A stretch of DNA of 63,599 nucleotides, filler included, from Octopus bimaculoides (lineage: Eukaryota): NCBI RefSeq assembly GCF_001194135.2. It is 5 parts of 5 records of this genome, joined end to end, with 100 filler letters (N's around TTAATTAATTAA, not from the genome) between each part and the next. Parts side by side here need not be neighbours in the genome. Positions count along the whole stretch, not along the records: positions 1 to 16,672 come from NC_068981.1; 4 more parts are not named here. The stretch is one strand, 5' to 3'. Below, piece by piece: positions 1 to 13,184 of the stretch. The notes under the pieces were generated by a model. The model saw nothing but the letters and a program-made list of their open reading frames with translations, had not been told where the DNA came from and ran no database searches. The position numbers and the translations under genes are program-made. Numbering within the stretch: position 1 is the first letter of the stretch; each line of letters begins with the position of its first letter.

Positions 1-561
1 GTTCTCAGTTCCGTTAACGGCTTGGCGTTCGGGCGAGTATACTTGGCATTGATGTAGCAACATTTGAAATGTTGTCTAGGTAAATGCAACTGATGAAGAC
101 TAATCAGATTTACGTTGTGAAACGTATTTGAAAAGTCTGAAACCTAGGTATTGCATTATCCTTAATCTGGGATGTTCATTTTCGGATGTTCTTCCTAAGG
201 TAAGACAAGTTTTTCATGTTTTGTTGCACACACGCATTTTTGCCAGTATATACGCAGTGAAGCTATACAATAGCGTCGTTTTTATATCGATTGCTATTCT
301 CCAGCAAATATCGGTACCTTGTTGTACCATTCTTATGAATTTATATATATATATATAAATGCATGTATGTATATATATATACGGGTATATAATATATGTA
401 TATTCATATACATATGCATATATATGTATACATGTATATATATACACACACATACATATTGTACATATAAAAACTATTGTATAAAGGGTCAGTACGAATG
501 TAGTACATACATACATACATATATAATCCTATTATATATATATAAAATCCTATTATGTAAT

Positions 562-615
<54 letters not shown>

Positions 616-1504
616 NNNNNNNNNNNNNNNNNNNNNNNNNNNNNNNNNNNNNNNNNNNNNNNNNNNNNNNNNNNNNNNNNNNNNNNNNNNNNNNNNNNNN
701 NNNNNNNNNNNNNNNNNNNNNNNNNNNNNNNNNNNNNNNNNNNNNNNNNNNNNNNNNNNNNNNNNNNNNNNNNNNNNNNNNNNNNNNNNNNNNNNNNNNN
801 NNNNNNNNNNNNNNNNNNNNNNNNNNNNNNNNNNNNNNNNNNNNNNNNNNNNNNNNNNNNNNNNNNNNNNNNNNNNNNNNNNNNNNNNNNNNNNNNNNNN
901 NNNNNNNNNNNNNNNNNNNNNNNNNNNNNNNNNNNNNNNNNNNNNNNNNNNNNNNNNNNNNNNNNNNNNNNNNNNNNNNNNNNNNNNNNNNNNNNNNNNN
1001 NNNNNNNNNNNNNNNNNNNNNNNNNNNNNNNNNNNNNNNNNNNNNNNNNNNNNNNNNNNNNNNNNNNNNNNNNNNNNNNNNNNNNNNNNNNNNNNNNNNN
1101 NNNNNNNNNNNNNNNNNNNNNNNNNNNNNNNNNNNNNNNNNNNNNNNNNNNNNNNNNNNNNNNNNNNNNNNNNNNNNNNNNNNNNNNNNNNNNNNNNNNN
1201 NNNNNNNNNNNNNNNNNNNNNNNNNNNNNNNNNNNNNNNNNNNNNNNNNNNNNNNNNNNNNNNNNNNNNNNNNNNNNNNNNNNNNNNNNNNNNNNNNNNN
1301 NNNNNNNNNNNNNNNNNNNNNNNNNNNNNNNNNNNNNNNNNNNNNNNNNNNNNNNNNNGAGGAAAAAAAGAAAGCAACACTTAGAAATAAAGTAAGATTA
1401 ATTTTATCTTAGTTTATCGTGTGTAACGACGAAATGCTAAACCAAATTGGAAACCAGTCTTGGCCAAAGACTTTACTGTATCTAATATTCCAGCTTATTA
1501 CTAT

Positions 1505-1920
1505 ACTATATAGTCACAAATTTGTGTGAGACTTCTTGCTTCCCTGGCCATGGACACATTAGAGTTCAGATGTCTGGCAACTGACTTGACAGATATCCAC
1601 AAGATTATCCACCATCTTTCAAATAACAGCCTTGGACACGTTTTTGAATTTCATACGACAAACATTCATGGACATGCTTACAAAATCAAAAAACAACACA
1701 GCACCCATGACTTTCGAAACATTTTTTCAAGCTCGGGATTGCTGAAGCAGGGAATAAGCTACCCACATCATTTGTTAGCTTTCGAGACACCGCATCCTTC
1801 AAAACTTCCATGCATGCTTCCTGAAATTTGTCAACAGTACACTTGATGCACCCCACCTCTGTTCTTTATTTTTTTTTTTGAGTTGTAGTGCACCTGAGCA
1901 CTATACAACAAGTTCATTGT
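1505..1920 (+). mobile_element. CR1/L2-group LINE, 3' terminal remnant
   Basis: ORF 1526-1846 reads LASLAMDTLEFRCLATDLTDIHKII...HGHAYKIKKQ...FRNIF. After a frameshift it continues SRIAEAGNKLP...SFKTSM. This resembles the CR1 ORF2 C-terminus (LE.RRL..DLI..YKI...RGH..KL...WN.LP...FK). Confidence 0.75.
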
Positions 1921-1984
1921 ATCAAAGTCACCCAAGGTGTCAAGTGATGGTGTTAAAACGTATGACTGGTTGTTTGCCACCCAA

Positions 1985-2290
1985 GTAGGTCATGGGGGAA
2001 TTTGGACTCAAAATGTAAAGATCTGTAACAAATACAAGAAAACATCCAGTGCGATGGTCTTCCAGTTTCGCCGATTTAGTGCCCTGGTTTGGCACCTTTT
2101 TTTTAGAGACCCCTAAAGACTGAAATCAAAAGTTAATCTCAGCGTTATTTGAGCATAGATCGCAGAGAGTTGGAACATTTGTATTTTTTAACGATCTCGA
2201 AAAAAATGAAAGGGCAAAGTGGAACCCGTCGGAATTTCAACTCAGAACCTAAACAGAACACATAACTAAATACTCTAAGATTTGTCTGGT
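1985..2290 (-). mobile_element. Degenerate fragments of SINE family B
   Basis: Recurring ggaatttggactcaaaa / gaatttcaactcagaa motifs match the reverse B-box region of the copies at 13549 and 39382. Confidence 0.45.
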
Positions 2291-2337
2291 GTTCTACAGA
2301 TTTCACAGTCGCATTACCTCTTTGTCAGCTCCTTAAC

Positions 2338-2368
<31 letters not shown>

Positions 2369-2809
2369 CTTTTACGCATTCATACATAAATATACACATA
2401 AATAGATACATAATACATACATACATACGTACGTACAAGCATGGGATTTTTAGAAAGATAAATCGACCAGTTGATTCGTACATTACAAGTGCAATATGTG
2501 AGTGGAACAGTAAAAATAAGCAAGACTTTTCATAAGTTCCAAATATGAATTTGTCTTTGTTAACTACATCCCAAAGATGGAGTCTTGAATCTTTGTTGGA
2601 AACCGGCTCTCTCCTCTGTGGAAAATTTATAATAATTAAAAAATAGAAGAGACATATATAAATACATATATACACACTCACACATAAGATATTATGAAGA
2701 CCTTGCGCGCCCACAGGCGAAATTCAGCGTAACAAGAGACTGTCTCAACTAAAATATATCGAGTACACTTTCTTTTAACCGTCAACACCAAATGGATAGA
2801 TAAATATAC

Positions 2810-3012
2810 CATACGCTCATGAGGCCGGTTCCTGGGTTCTGTGGCTTATATATTCTCCCCGCTCCCTGGGATCCTTTTTACCAGCAGAGTAGACTGGAGC
2901 AGCTTGGAATGAAGTGTTTTGCTCAAGAATACAATACATCGCCCGGTCCAGGAATCAAAACTACAATCTTACGATCACGAGTGCAACACCCTAACCGCTA
3001 AGCCACTTGACT
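2810..3012 (-). mobile_element. tRNA-derived SINE, family C-like, truncated
   Basis: The reverse strand starts gtggcttagcggttagggtgttgcactcgtgatcgtaag...gattcctggaccgggcg and shares the ctggagca...gctcaaga.cacaa body with the 9020-9388 copy. Confidence 0.7.
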
Positions 3013-4010
3013 ACACGCGCGCGCGCAGACATGTACATATTTATGTACGGATACACAAAGCAACATATGCACACAGATACACAAACACGCGTGTAAATGG
3101 ACATGGTCCTTAGTTCCCGCCTAAAGTAATAATTTCAGCACACCATTAATATACAGCACTCGTGTAGATACCTTTGTAGCAATCAGAAGTCGTGGATAAT
3201 GGAAGAGATGATGAATTACGCAGTACCTGAACCTACTCAGTTTAAGCTCATACACTACGCAGTACTTTGACAAAAATAACGCCAACATACCTTCATTAGG
3301 AAATAAATACAGCTGCAACCGCACCTTAAATCTTTCTTTATACGCAATAGCAAAGGTCGTTGCTAGGAATGCTCTGTATGAAATCTCTGAATAGCTACCA
3401 AAGGATATATATCTCGTGCCCTCCTAGAAATAACAAACAAGCTTTTCTAGATAACATTGCTCATTTAAGGATTGATCAATACAAAGGTGTTTCAGTGATG
3501 GCACGATCACTTGGAAACTTGCCATTAAAAGTAGATGACTGTTTAGCCAACTTATAATAAATACAGGTGAAAATGTCGGTGGCTGTAGATGTCGGTAAAA
3601 ATAAATATGTGCAGCCGATGGATGTGGATTGCTGTTGTTGTTGTTGTTTTTACTATTGTTTAGATCCAGATCAGACCTGACTAAAGAGAAGTAAGATAAA
3701 AGACGTTCCAGCCATGGGCAACCGAGCTGTCTAGGCATCCAAGGACCACATCACTGCCTGAGTGTCACATTCTCTCAAACTTTCATGCTTCCATTCTCTG
3801 TCTGTCTGTCTGTCTGTTTGGCTGTCCATCTGACTCTCTCTCCCCCTCTCTCTCTCTCTCTCTCTCTATTTCGCTACCTTTCTCTGTATTTACGTCGCAC
3901 ACTAATGAAAACGAAAATTTGTTTTGCATTGATTCAGACATTTTACATACATATACATACATACATACATACATACATACACACACATGTATGTATAAAT
4001 CTACGTATGA

Positions 4011-4053
<43 letters not shown>

Positions 4054-5266
4054 AATTCATTTATTTTGTGAGTGTTTTAACTTTAAAAGGAAAACTTATG
4101 TTTTACTTTCTTCAATATTCCTTCATTTTATGGTGACCTCTGATATTACTTCGTATTCGGACAAATGTGAACTTGCGTGCAACAAAAATCAACATTTTGT
4201 GTTGCCAAAATAACCGAAGTACAGTCATTACTTTTATGAGGATTTCTTTCTGCTCCGATCGTTACTTCTTTCCCCACAAATATACAATCAATAGCACTAA
4301 GAGTGGCCAATACTTATCGATGCACACATGTATGGAAGGGTACACAATAATGGACGTCTTCTACTGCCTCGCTGCAGTGAGCTCACAAAATTGATCACCG
4401 AAATAACATACATTAAATGACTACAGATACGGCAAAGATAAGCGTACATATTACACTAAATATTTATCCAACCTTCCTGGACAGTTTTCATTGTCATCTT
4501 TACACTTGACTGCTAACAGAAATCAGAGGCTACACTCGGAACAGTTAGCTTTTGTTGAATCAGATTCGTTACTAAGATAGTGCTCTTAACAAGAGCGTAC
4601 AGTAAAAGGGAATTGAATTTTTTATATAGCAAAAAATGTATATAAGTCGAAACAAATATCGGCTCTTTTGGTTTTTTAAATAATTGTTTATGTTATCTTA
4701 TATTATATTATCTTATATTATATTATATTCATACCATATTATGTTATAATATAAATAAATTATTCGATTGTCAATTGTATCTCTCTATTTCATTTATTGT
4801 TTGTAATTTGCATTATACCCATATTTATGTGGTATTCAACTGACGTACCAGTGAAATGGAAGTTTTACACACACCTTTGAAGGAATTCTTTTCCTTAGTT
4901 TNNNNNNNNNNNNNNNNNNNNNNNNNNNNNNNNNNNNNNNNNNNNNNNNNNNNNNNNNNNNNNNNNNNNNNNNNNNNNNNNNNNNNNNNNNNNNNNNNNN
5001 NNNNNNNNNNNNNNNNNNNNNNNNNNNNNNNNNNNNNNNNNNNNNNNNNNNNNNNNNNNNNNNNNNNNNNNNNNNNNNNNNNNNNNNNNNNNNNNNNNNN
5101 NNNNNNNNNNNNNNNNNNNNNNNNNNNNNNNNNNNNNNNNNNNNNNNNNNNNNNNNNNNNNNNNNNNNNNNNNNNNNNNNNNNNNNNNNNNNNNNNNNNN
5201 NNNNNNNNNNNNNNNNNNNNNNNNNNNNNNNNNNNNNNNNNNNNNNNNNNNNNNNNNNNNTATATA

Positions 5267-5302
<36 letters not shown>

Positions 5303-6180
5303 TGTATGTATGTATGTGTGTATAAGTGCATGTGGATCGATTTCCAAAATCTTGACATCTGGGATTTGAGATCTGACCTCTCGATAACAACCACCCGCAT
5401 CATTGATTAAATGGCTCTCTGTCGACAGTGGGTGATTTTAGGTGCACGTACTAAGCCATAACGCAGCTATGTTATAACCACTGCATTTAATAATCGAGAA
5501 ATTTTTAGCCGTTCCTTTTCCTTATACTGTGTCATATACACATCTTGCATTATTGAACGAACGTGATTGATTGTATAAGTAAAAGAACTGTCATATGGAA
5601 CTTCGCTTACAGCGCTTGATTTCTTTTCATTGATTCGCAGATAGAAAAAGGTGGAGTAAGTTAATATATGCCTTTAAAATAATGATTTCTTATGTAGCAC
5701 AATGGCAATTGCCAGAGAGTGAAGGGTATATAATCGATTATACCGATTGTTATCTATATCCTAATGTATACTCAGTCGATTCTTGACAGTATTGGAGTGC
5801 AAACACTATTCAAATTGAAACGATGAGAAAGAGAGAGAGAAGGAGAAAAATAATATATATAATATACATATACATATAGACTAATACTTAAAAATATGAG
5901 CCAAGCTGATGTTTTCAGAATTAACATTTTTTTTCTTCATTTTTCTCCAGGAATGAAAATAAAATCGGAAATTAACTGAGTTTCGAATGGCCGAAAACAA
6001 GACGAATTCCTGAAGAATCATCGATAGAATAACAGTTGACAGATGCCCTGAGGAATCTGAATTATCTAAAATAAGCAATATTTAAAAATAAATATTTTTC
6101 GTCTTTCGTTTGCTAAATTTTGAAGAAGGGACAAAGCTCATTTCCTTTGCAAGCTCTCTGAGACCGGGGAGTTTGATACT

Positions 6181-6347
6181 GTCAATGGCAGAATTGTTAG
6201 CACGTCGACCGAAATACTTAGCTGTATTTCATCCGTCCTTACGATCTGAGTTCAAATTCCGCCAAGGTCCAATTGGCCTTTTATCCTTTCGGCGTCGATA
6301 AAATAAGTACCAGTTGAATACTGGGGTGTCGATGTAATCGACTTAAT
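6181..6347 (+). mobile_element. tRNA-derived SINE, family B
   Basis: ggcagaattgttagcacg...ctgagttcaaattcc (B box)...gataaaataagtaccagtt...gtcgatgtaatcgactt; homologous to the copies at 10205, 13549 and 39382. Confidence 0.85.
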
Positions 6348-7089
6348 TACTCCTGGATATGAGTATTAAAAAAATTTATATCCATCTGCCAAACCTGTCA
6401 AGCAAGTGTAGTTCATCAAACCAGTATAATCTCAAGCTCCAAATCACGGCCTCCACATCAGAGCGTGGTTGGGTGGAGAGAACATGCTGAAACCTTCGTT
6501 CTACAGTGGACTGAACATAGGCAATTCGATCCAATCTAATGTTCCGTTTAAATTGTTACAAGTAAAGTTATGAGCAATGAGGAGATTGCAGAAGGCTGAA
6601 GGTGTGGGGATTAAGAACTGTGCATAGTAATTTGTGAGTAGAATAAAGGTATGATGGATACAACAAGAGTGTTGAGTGTTGGAGAGATGATTGGGCTGAA
6701 GACACTTGAGTAGAAGACGTACATAACTAACCAGCTCTGAGGAACAGAGGGCGTTACAGAAATAATAGAAAAGAGGAGAGAAGAGAGCAGGTGTGTAGGC
6801 CATGGTTAGACGTGTAGATTATATCTTTTTGAACTGATATAGAAAATACGATATATGCAAATTCCAGATAGTTCAAAGAAGGGATAACTTTAAGATTACT
6901 AGTGTTTCAGAACGTTGTTGTTTCGTATCTGCCGTGAAATTTAACAGTAAATTAGAAGTGATAAAAATGGAGTATTTCCTTCAACCTCCTGGTGTTGGTG
7001 TGTAAAGTTAGGAATCGAAGTCAATCAAAGAATATTAGACATTATTAGAGAAACAGCCAATTTGTAGTATATAAAAATGAAGTAAAGGA

Positions 7090-7291
7090 TATTTGCCAAC
7101 ATAATGTGGCTGTCCTGGAAGGGAAAATTGTTCCTGTTGTTTAGCCCCAGGAAACATCGTTTCCAGTTGGCTATACGACACAATATCTGAGTCCTTATAT
7201 TTTCGTATAGCCAGCTGGAAACGATGTTTCCTGGGGCTAAACAACAGTAACACTTGTCCCTTCCAGGACAGCCACATTATGTTGGCAAATA
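7090..7291. repeat. Near-perfect fold-back (89-bp arms, 24-nt loop), MITE-like
   Basis: 7090-7178 is the reverse complement of 7203-7291 with 4 mismatches. Confidence 0.95.
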
Positions 7292-7563
7292 GTCTTTGCT
7301 TTAAAGAACTATTACTGAATATCTCTCTTTGAGAGATTTAGAAATAAAAAAAATGTTTCTATATATATAAAAATAATCCCTTATTAATTAATTAATTAAT
7401 TAGTAAGTTTCATTATATATTGCAATTGGTAACGACAAGACTAAATGGAGAGCCTCAGTCACATGTGGCGCAAGGACTTTGAAAAGCATTGGTCTTTCAC
7501 CGGTGTTTACAACCTGTCCTTGCAGGCAGATGCACATTTATATAATGTATATGTATACTTTCA

Positions 7564-7596
<33 letters not shown>

Positions 7597-8235
7597 ATCT
7601 ATCTGCATATATATATATATATATATATACATACACAGACATACATTCATACACACACGTACATGCGCGCACACACACACACATACACGCATACATACAC
7701 ATACACATGTAGGCATGGTACGGCCGGATGATTAACTCAAGTTGATATCAATAGATGATAGATCGAGTACTTGATACAATAGCAAACTTGAGTAATTTAT
7801 TGCTGTTGATCCTGGAGTTAGTTGTTGTAGAGTTATCCTAACATTGAGCAGGAAAATAAAATAATTGACGAGACGGACGATTTCGCTATCTAATATATTC
7901 TTCCCTATTAAAACAATATACTGTTGATTTGAGTGAAATTCGGCTACTATTTCAGCTGTGACCATGCAAACAGATGACAAGAAAACTTGTTTAGATATGA
8001 TGGTCATATAACATTTTGATGATACATTAGTCAAAACTGCGAAACAAAGACAGAAAATTTAACAAATTCTGTCTAGCCATAGATGGAAAATAACAAGTAA
8101 ATATACGTGAGACAAGAACCGTATCAAATTGACAATTATATGATGAGACCAAGGCAACAGACAGTTTTGAGTCTCTCATCAGAAAATAAAGATAAGCCAG
8201 TCACACATGAAATTTAAGATTTATGCCAATCTCTT

Positions 8236-8269
<34 letters not shown>

Positions 8270-9019
8270 CTTCTATCTCACTCGCTCTCCTTTTATTCTT
8301 TCATTCTTTGTCTTGTCTTTTCTTTAATTTCTTTCTGACTGTCTTCTTTTACTTACGAAGCGGAGAGCCTGGCAAATTCGAAGAGATTGACCGAAGATGT
8401 GTTGTATGGAGTTGGATTCAAAGCGGGCAGCAAAGGTGGGTGGTGGCTCTCTCCAAGGGAATACTGCCTACAATACTATCATTGAAGAGAATGAATGGGG
8501 AACTGCGCGAAATAGGTGAAGATTCTTTTGACAAGGAACCAGAAAAAGGGGATGTAGTTTTGGAGTTTTAGGAGAGTGGGTAGGATTTTTCAATTACTGT
8601 TTCCTATATTAGTAACAACAAGTTTTAAAAAAATATTCAACACACACACACACACAAACATGTATATGTACTCACACGCGTATACACATATATTTACATA
8701 TAATGTGCTTGTTTCACTACGCTGCAACAAACAAACTGTATGTTTAAATATAAGCTATTTTAGTATCATCGTTGAGACTATAGCGAGCTATAATTTTCTA
8801 AATGATTTCTAAATTCTGTTTGCAATTTTATTATCACTACTTAACATACATCCAAGATATTCGAAACAAGATACATTTAACAAAGTTTTACCACATACCT
8901 TCATTTCATTTGCTTTGTTGTGTGACTTGGAAGGATAGACAATATATCTAAAGCTCGTTAAACAGCTGGAGCTTTTTCGGCAATATCTTCGACAAAATTT
9001 GTGTTTATCTTGGAGAGAT

Positions 9020-9388
9020 TAGACGACGCGGTCAGTCACGAATGACTATGGGTGCACCTAAGAGGTTCCCCTCCGGGGTACAAGTCTGGGCGGAAAGTCG
9101 CCTCACCGGTGTACGCACAACCTAGGGTTGTATTTATGGAATACCAGCAGTCGCCCATGCATACCAGCCTCCCCTCTCCACATCACGATGTTATGGAAGG
9201 GAAAGGCAAAGGCCGATACAGCTTGGCACCAATGACATCGCAACTCATTTCTACAGCTGAGTGAACTGGAGCAACGTGAAATAAAGTGTCTTGCTCAAGA
9301 ACACAACACGCAGCCCGGTCCAGGAATCGAACTCACAACCTCACGATCGTAGGCTCGACGCTCTAACCACTGAGCCATGTGCCTTCAC
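9020..9388 (-). mobile_element. tRNA-derived SINE, family C, near full length
   Basis: The reverse-strand head has an A box (tggctcagtgg) and a B box (gagttcgattcc). The body is homologous to 28775-29003. Confidence 0.9.
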
Positions 9389-9477
9389 AATATATGAATC
9401 AAACTGAGACTATATGAATCAAACTGAGATCAGAAAGCAAATGTTGCGAGCTTGGAAGTTCTCGTGTGACATAGTAG

Positions 9478-9720
9478 CCTGAGATGGGTAGGATATGCAG
9501 TTCCTATGATAGGCTAAAGAATGGCTGTGTGCCTGTTATATGGAGAAATATCTTTCTGGAGAAAAGAACGCACCCATGTAAACTGAGGTTAAGCTACAAG
9601 GGTTGTCTTAATTGTGATCTGGAGAAGGAAATAATATTCGAGAGGAAAATTAGAAAATCGTTTCGATTGTTAAAGCAATATGGAGAAAATATACTCAATG
9701 TGCCCATTAATTAAGCAGGC
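9478..9720 (+). mobile_element. RTE-clade LINE 3' remnant
   Basis: Translates LRWVGYAVPMIG*RMAVCLLYGEI, then in another frame KLRLSYKGCLNCDL. This resembles the RTE C-terminal LRW.GHV.RM...RLP..LLYGE...GRPKLRYKD..K.DL. Confidence 0.65.
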
Positions 9721-10204
9721 AAAATTGAAATGAGATGCAAAGAAAAGAAATCTCATTCAAACTTGATGGGATTATAGATATTCTTTCAAGCGGAATATTT
9801 GAAGAGATATCCATAATTCTTTCAAGTTTTCAACTTGTAACAGAGTTTGTCTTTATATATTTCGTCTTGTTAGCCACTCATGGCTACATGAACTAAAGCA
9901 AACTAATAATAAATCATCATCAGCTGAAAGGATGTGTATATTGTATATGATAAATATTGTGTTTCTATTGGTGGTCTGAAAAGGCATATGTTCGCACACA
10001 ATGCTGACTGTCATGATTCTGTATAACCTTTACCAGAGAAGAGACATTAATAAATGTGTTAAAACATGCAAAACATCCGCTGGCCTACCTAATCATTTTC
10101 ACTTCACAGCTCATTAACAATGTTCATAATCATTATCAAGTTGAGTTCCTTCAACTATTAACAGTAGCAATAATAACAACTTCTTACTACATGAATATAT
10201 GCAA

Positions 10205-10415
10205 AGGCATTGAGCTAACAGAGCTTTTAGCACACCGGGCAAAATGCTTAGCGGCAATTCGTCCGTCTTAGCGTTCTGAGTTCGAATAACGCCAAGGTCG
10301 ACTTTGCCTTTCATCCTTTCCGGGTCGATAAAATAAGTACCAGTTGAGCAATGGGGTCGATGTAATCGACTTTCCCTATTCCCCAAAATTATTGGCCTTG
10401 TGCCATTACTTAAAA
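10205..10415 (+). mobile_element. tRNA-derived SINE, family B
   Basis: Same head and body as the 6181 and 13549 copies (ctgagttcgaat; gtcgactttgcctttcatcctttc; gtcgatgtaatcgact). Confidence 0.85.
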
Positions 10416-10794
10416 TCGGTTCATGCATAAATGCTGTTTCTTTACTATTCTATTTGTATAGTATCGTAAATATATATTTTTATGTTTTGATCAGAAAGAA
10501 AAGCAGTAACCGTTACGCTTCACAGGGCCTCCGAGAAAGATGGGAGGGAAGGAAGGAGGGAGAAAGGTATTCTCGAGAAATCTGACCAGACCCGAATGCT
10601 TTCAGCAGATTGGACTCTGTTGAAGGCACTCAAGGTGCTGAGTGGGGGAGGTAAAATAGGTGACGGATTAGATAGATTAAATAGTAGATTTAATCTATTA
10701 TCAAAGTTGACTATGGTGTCACTTAAATACACAGAATGCAAAAGATTAGGGAAAATACCGTAAGGAATCCGGTCTGATATTCTTACAGTTCCGC

Positions 10795-10920
10795 TAATCC
10801 ACCGTCCCGTCCCGTACTGCTATTGTTTTATCGACCCGGAAAAAACGAAAAGCTAAGTTGCCATCTACGGGATTTGAATTCAGAGCTGAGGAAACCGGAA
10901 CAAACACTGTTAGAATATTA
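10795..10920 (-). mobile_element. Degenerate SINE family B fragment
   Basis: tttatcgacccggaaaaaacgaaaagctaagttg...ggatttgaattcagag is the reverse complement of the family B body. Confidence 0.55.
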
Positions 10921-10934
10921 TGTTCGATACTTTT

Positions 10935-11089
10935 GGCTGTGTGGTAAGTAGCTTGCTTACCAACCACATGGTTCCGGGTTCAGTCCCACTGCGTGGCACA
11001 TTGGGCAAAGTGTATTCTACTATAGCCTCGGGCCGACCAAAGCCTTGAGAGTGGATTTGGTAGACGGAAACTGAAAGAAGCCCGCCGTA

Positions 11090-11160
<71 letters not shown>

Positions 11161-11381
11161 GTATGTGTGTGTATATGTTTGTGTGTGTGTTTGTCCCCCA
11201 ACTTCGCTTGACAACCGATACTGGTGTGTTTACGTCTCCGTAACTTAGCGGTTCGGCAAAAAGAGACCGATAGAATAAGTACTAGGCTTACAAAGAATAA
11301 GTCCTGGGGGTCGATTTGCTCGCCTAAAGGCGGTGCCCCAGCATGGCCACAGTCAAATGACTGAAACAAGTAAAAGAGTAA
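10935..11381 (+). mobile_element. tRNA-derived SINE, family A, full length, with internal (TA)n/(TG)n linker
   Basis: Head ggctgtgtggtaag...gggttcagtccc, central microsatellite, 3' end ...gactgaaacaagtaaaagagtaaa. Close match to 61242-61660. May correspond to one of the described octopus OK/OR1/OR2 SINEs; I cannot assign which. Confidence 0.92.
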
Positions 11382-11424
11382 ACATAACAATTCGCTTGGT
11401 GTATCACATATAATTCTGACCGGT

Positions 11425-11680
11425 GAAGGCACGTTGCCTAATGGTTGAGTGTTGCACACACGAACAAAACATTTCATTTCACGCCGCTCCAGTTCACTAA
11501 ACTGTAAATGGGTAACCCTGTGGCGGACTGGCTTTCCGATCATGGGCAATGTTGATCTGCTGCTCCGCCTAGCCAGCAGTTGGTATTGTTCGAAAGCTAA
11601 AGCAATGCAAATCGCATTGTGACTAGTGATGTATCACAACATCCAGTAATCTGATCGATCACATGAACACGAGATATTTC
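11425..11680 (+). mobile_element. SINE, family C-related variant
   Basis: gaaggcacgttgcctaatggtt...tttcacgccgctccagttcactaaactgtaaatgggt shares the family C head and core. Confidence 0.6.
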
Positions 11681-13059
11681 CGACAGAGAAATATCAGTTC
11701 ATACAGAAATACGTATTTTTAGAATTAAACTTATATTTTACGTATAATTAGTCAGGTAAGAGTGGCTATCTCTTGAAGGTAAGTGTTCAGGAGCGAGAAC
11801 TGTTGGGGTACTTGTACGTCTCTTGCTGAATGTAACGCAGCTGCGCTGGAAAGAGCATATATTTATTGCTACATCTTCCTGCCTCCACAACAGACGCAAC
11901 CCATTTTGAACCACTTAGTTGTCACATGAACTTCTAATCACTCTCAAGTATGTAGATTACTTTTACCATAGTCTATTTGAGATTTTTTTTTATAGGCGTG
12001 GTTTTATAGTTTTAGAAGCTATGTGGGAAAGTAACGATTTTCATTTTTGTTATATTTTCTTCCTTATTTTTTGTACTTTATTTCATATTTCAAAAAATAA
12101 TTCTTGTATTTTATTCGTTGTTTATTGAGTTTTGTTTTTCTCGCCCATGATTTCATTATCACCTCGTTTCGTGAGAAAGTCGCTAACACGTGACATGAAG
12201 AGGCGGCATTAAATTTTGCGTGAACAATTGATTTCAGGTGACATATTGTTAAGGTGACAGAGACAGTCTAAATTCGATGCGAAATTTCGCTCTGATCAAA
12301 TTATAACCAATACGACTCGATGTTCACTCATCGATAGACATTTTCATAATTTCATTTCGCACATGATTCTTTTACATCTCTTAAAAAGAAAAAAAATATG
12401 TGTGAAAATTGTTGAGGAAGTAGATTCCATAGATCAGTCTGCAGAGCCCCTCTATTTATGGAGACAGTCAAAGAAATAAGTGACAATGCTCACGCAAGGA
12501 TTCTAATAAAAGACAACTAGAGAGAAAGATATAAATAGGGAAAGTGAAAGAAAAAGAAAGATAGATAGTAAAAGATGTAGAAACATAGAGCGATTCAGAA
12601 ACAGATGGAAAACGCAAGAACGAGCGAAAGTATAGAAAGAGAAAGAAAAGGAGAAATATAGAAAGATAGAGAAAAAGATGAATAAAGATAGGACAAAAAA
12701 ATAAGGAACAAGAGAAAGATAGAATGAGCTAGGAAAAGAAATAGAGGAAAAGAACTAGACTAGCTCAATACATAATCGATATATTTCCGTTTTCTGTTTT
12801 TCTTTTCTCATTGCTTTGTTTTTCTCTTCGCATTGCTTTGTTTTTCTTTTAGTATATTTTTTAACATATTCTGCTTCAAAAAAAAATTTCCTGGAACACT
12901 TCTTAGAAAATTCGATATATCTTTAAATAGAAGCTTTACACAAACACACACACACACACACACACACAGAGTGGTGTTATTTCTTTTAATTTTAATTTTC
13001 TGACATTTTCTTGCATCTAAAAAATCATTTAATCTTCAGTATTTTTAAAATCGATTTTA

Positions 13060-13090
<31 letters not shown>

Positions 13091-13184
13091 GGCACAGTGT
13101 CAATTTCTGTAAAGACCGCTGCGTTTAAATCCAGCCGCCACCTGTGAACGAGTTTTGTTTAGTAACGTATACCATATTTTCGCT

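Noticed and set aside
6420-6830. ORF 6501-6803 as a gene or PLE RT remnant
   Set aside because: No motif that I can align convincingly; at most a very decayed retroelement.
8330-8580. ORF 8308-8571 as an exon
   Set aside because: No recognisable domain. The reverse strand has only a faint SHHP...PY similarity to a PLE thumb, too weak to call.
9330-9388. tRNA gene
   Set aside because: A and B boxes are present, but they continue into the SINE body shared with other copies; it is a SINE head.
10580-10745. Minus-strand ORF resembling a PLE N-terminus
   Set aside because: Similarity is limited to a few residues (NLSN..P.L).
11750-11800. Two GTAAG donor-like sites as an exon end
   Set aside because: No acceptor with a supporting open frame; short motifs are expected by chance.
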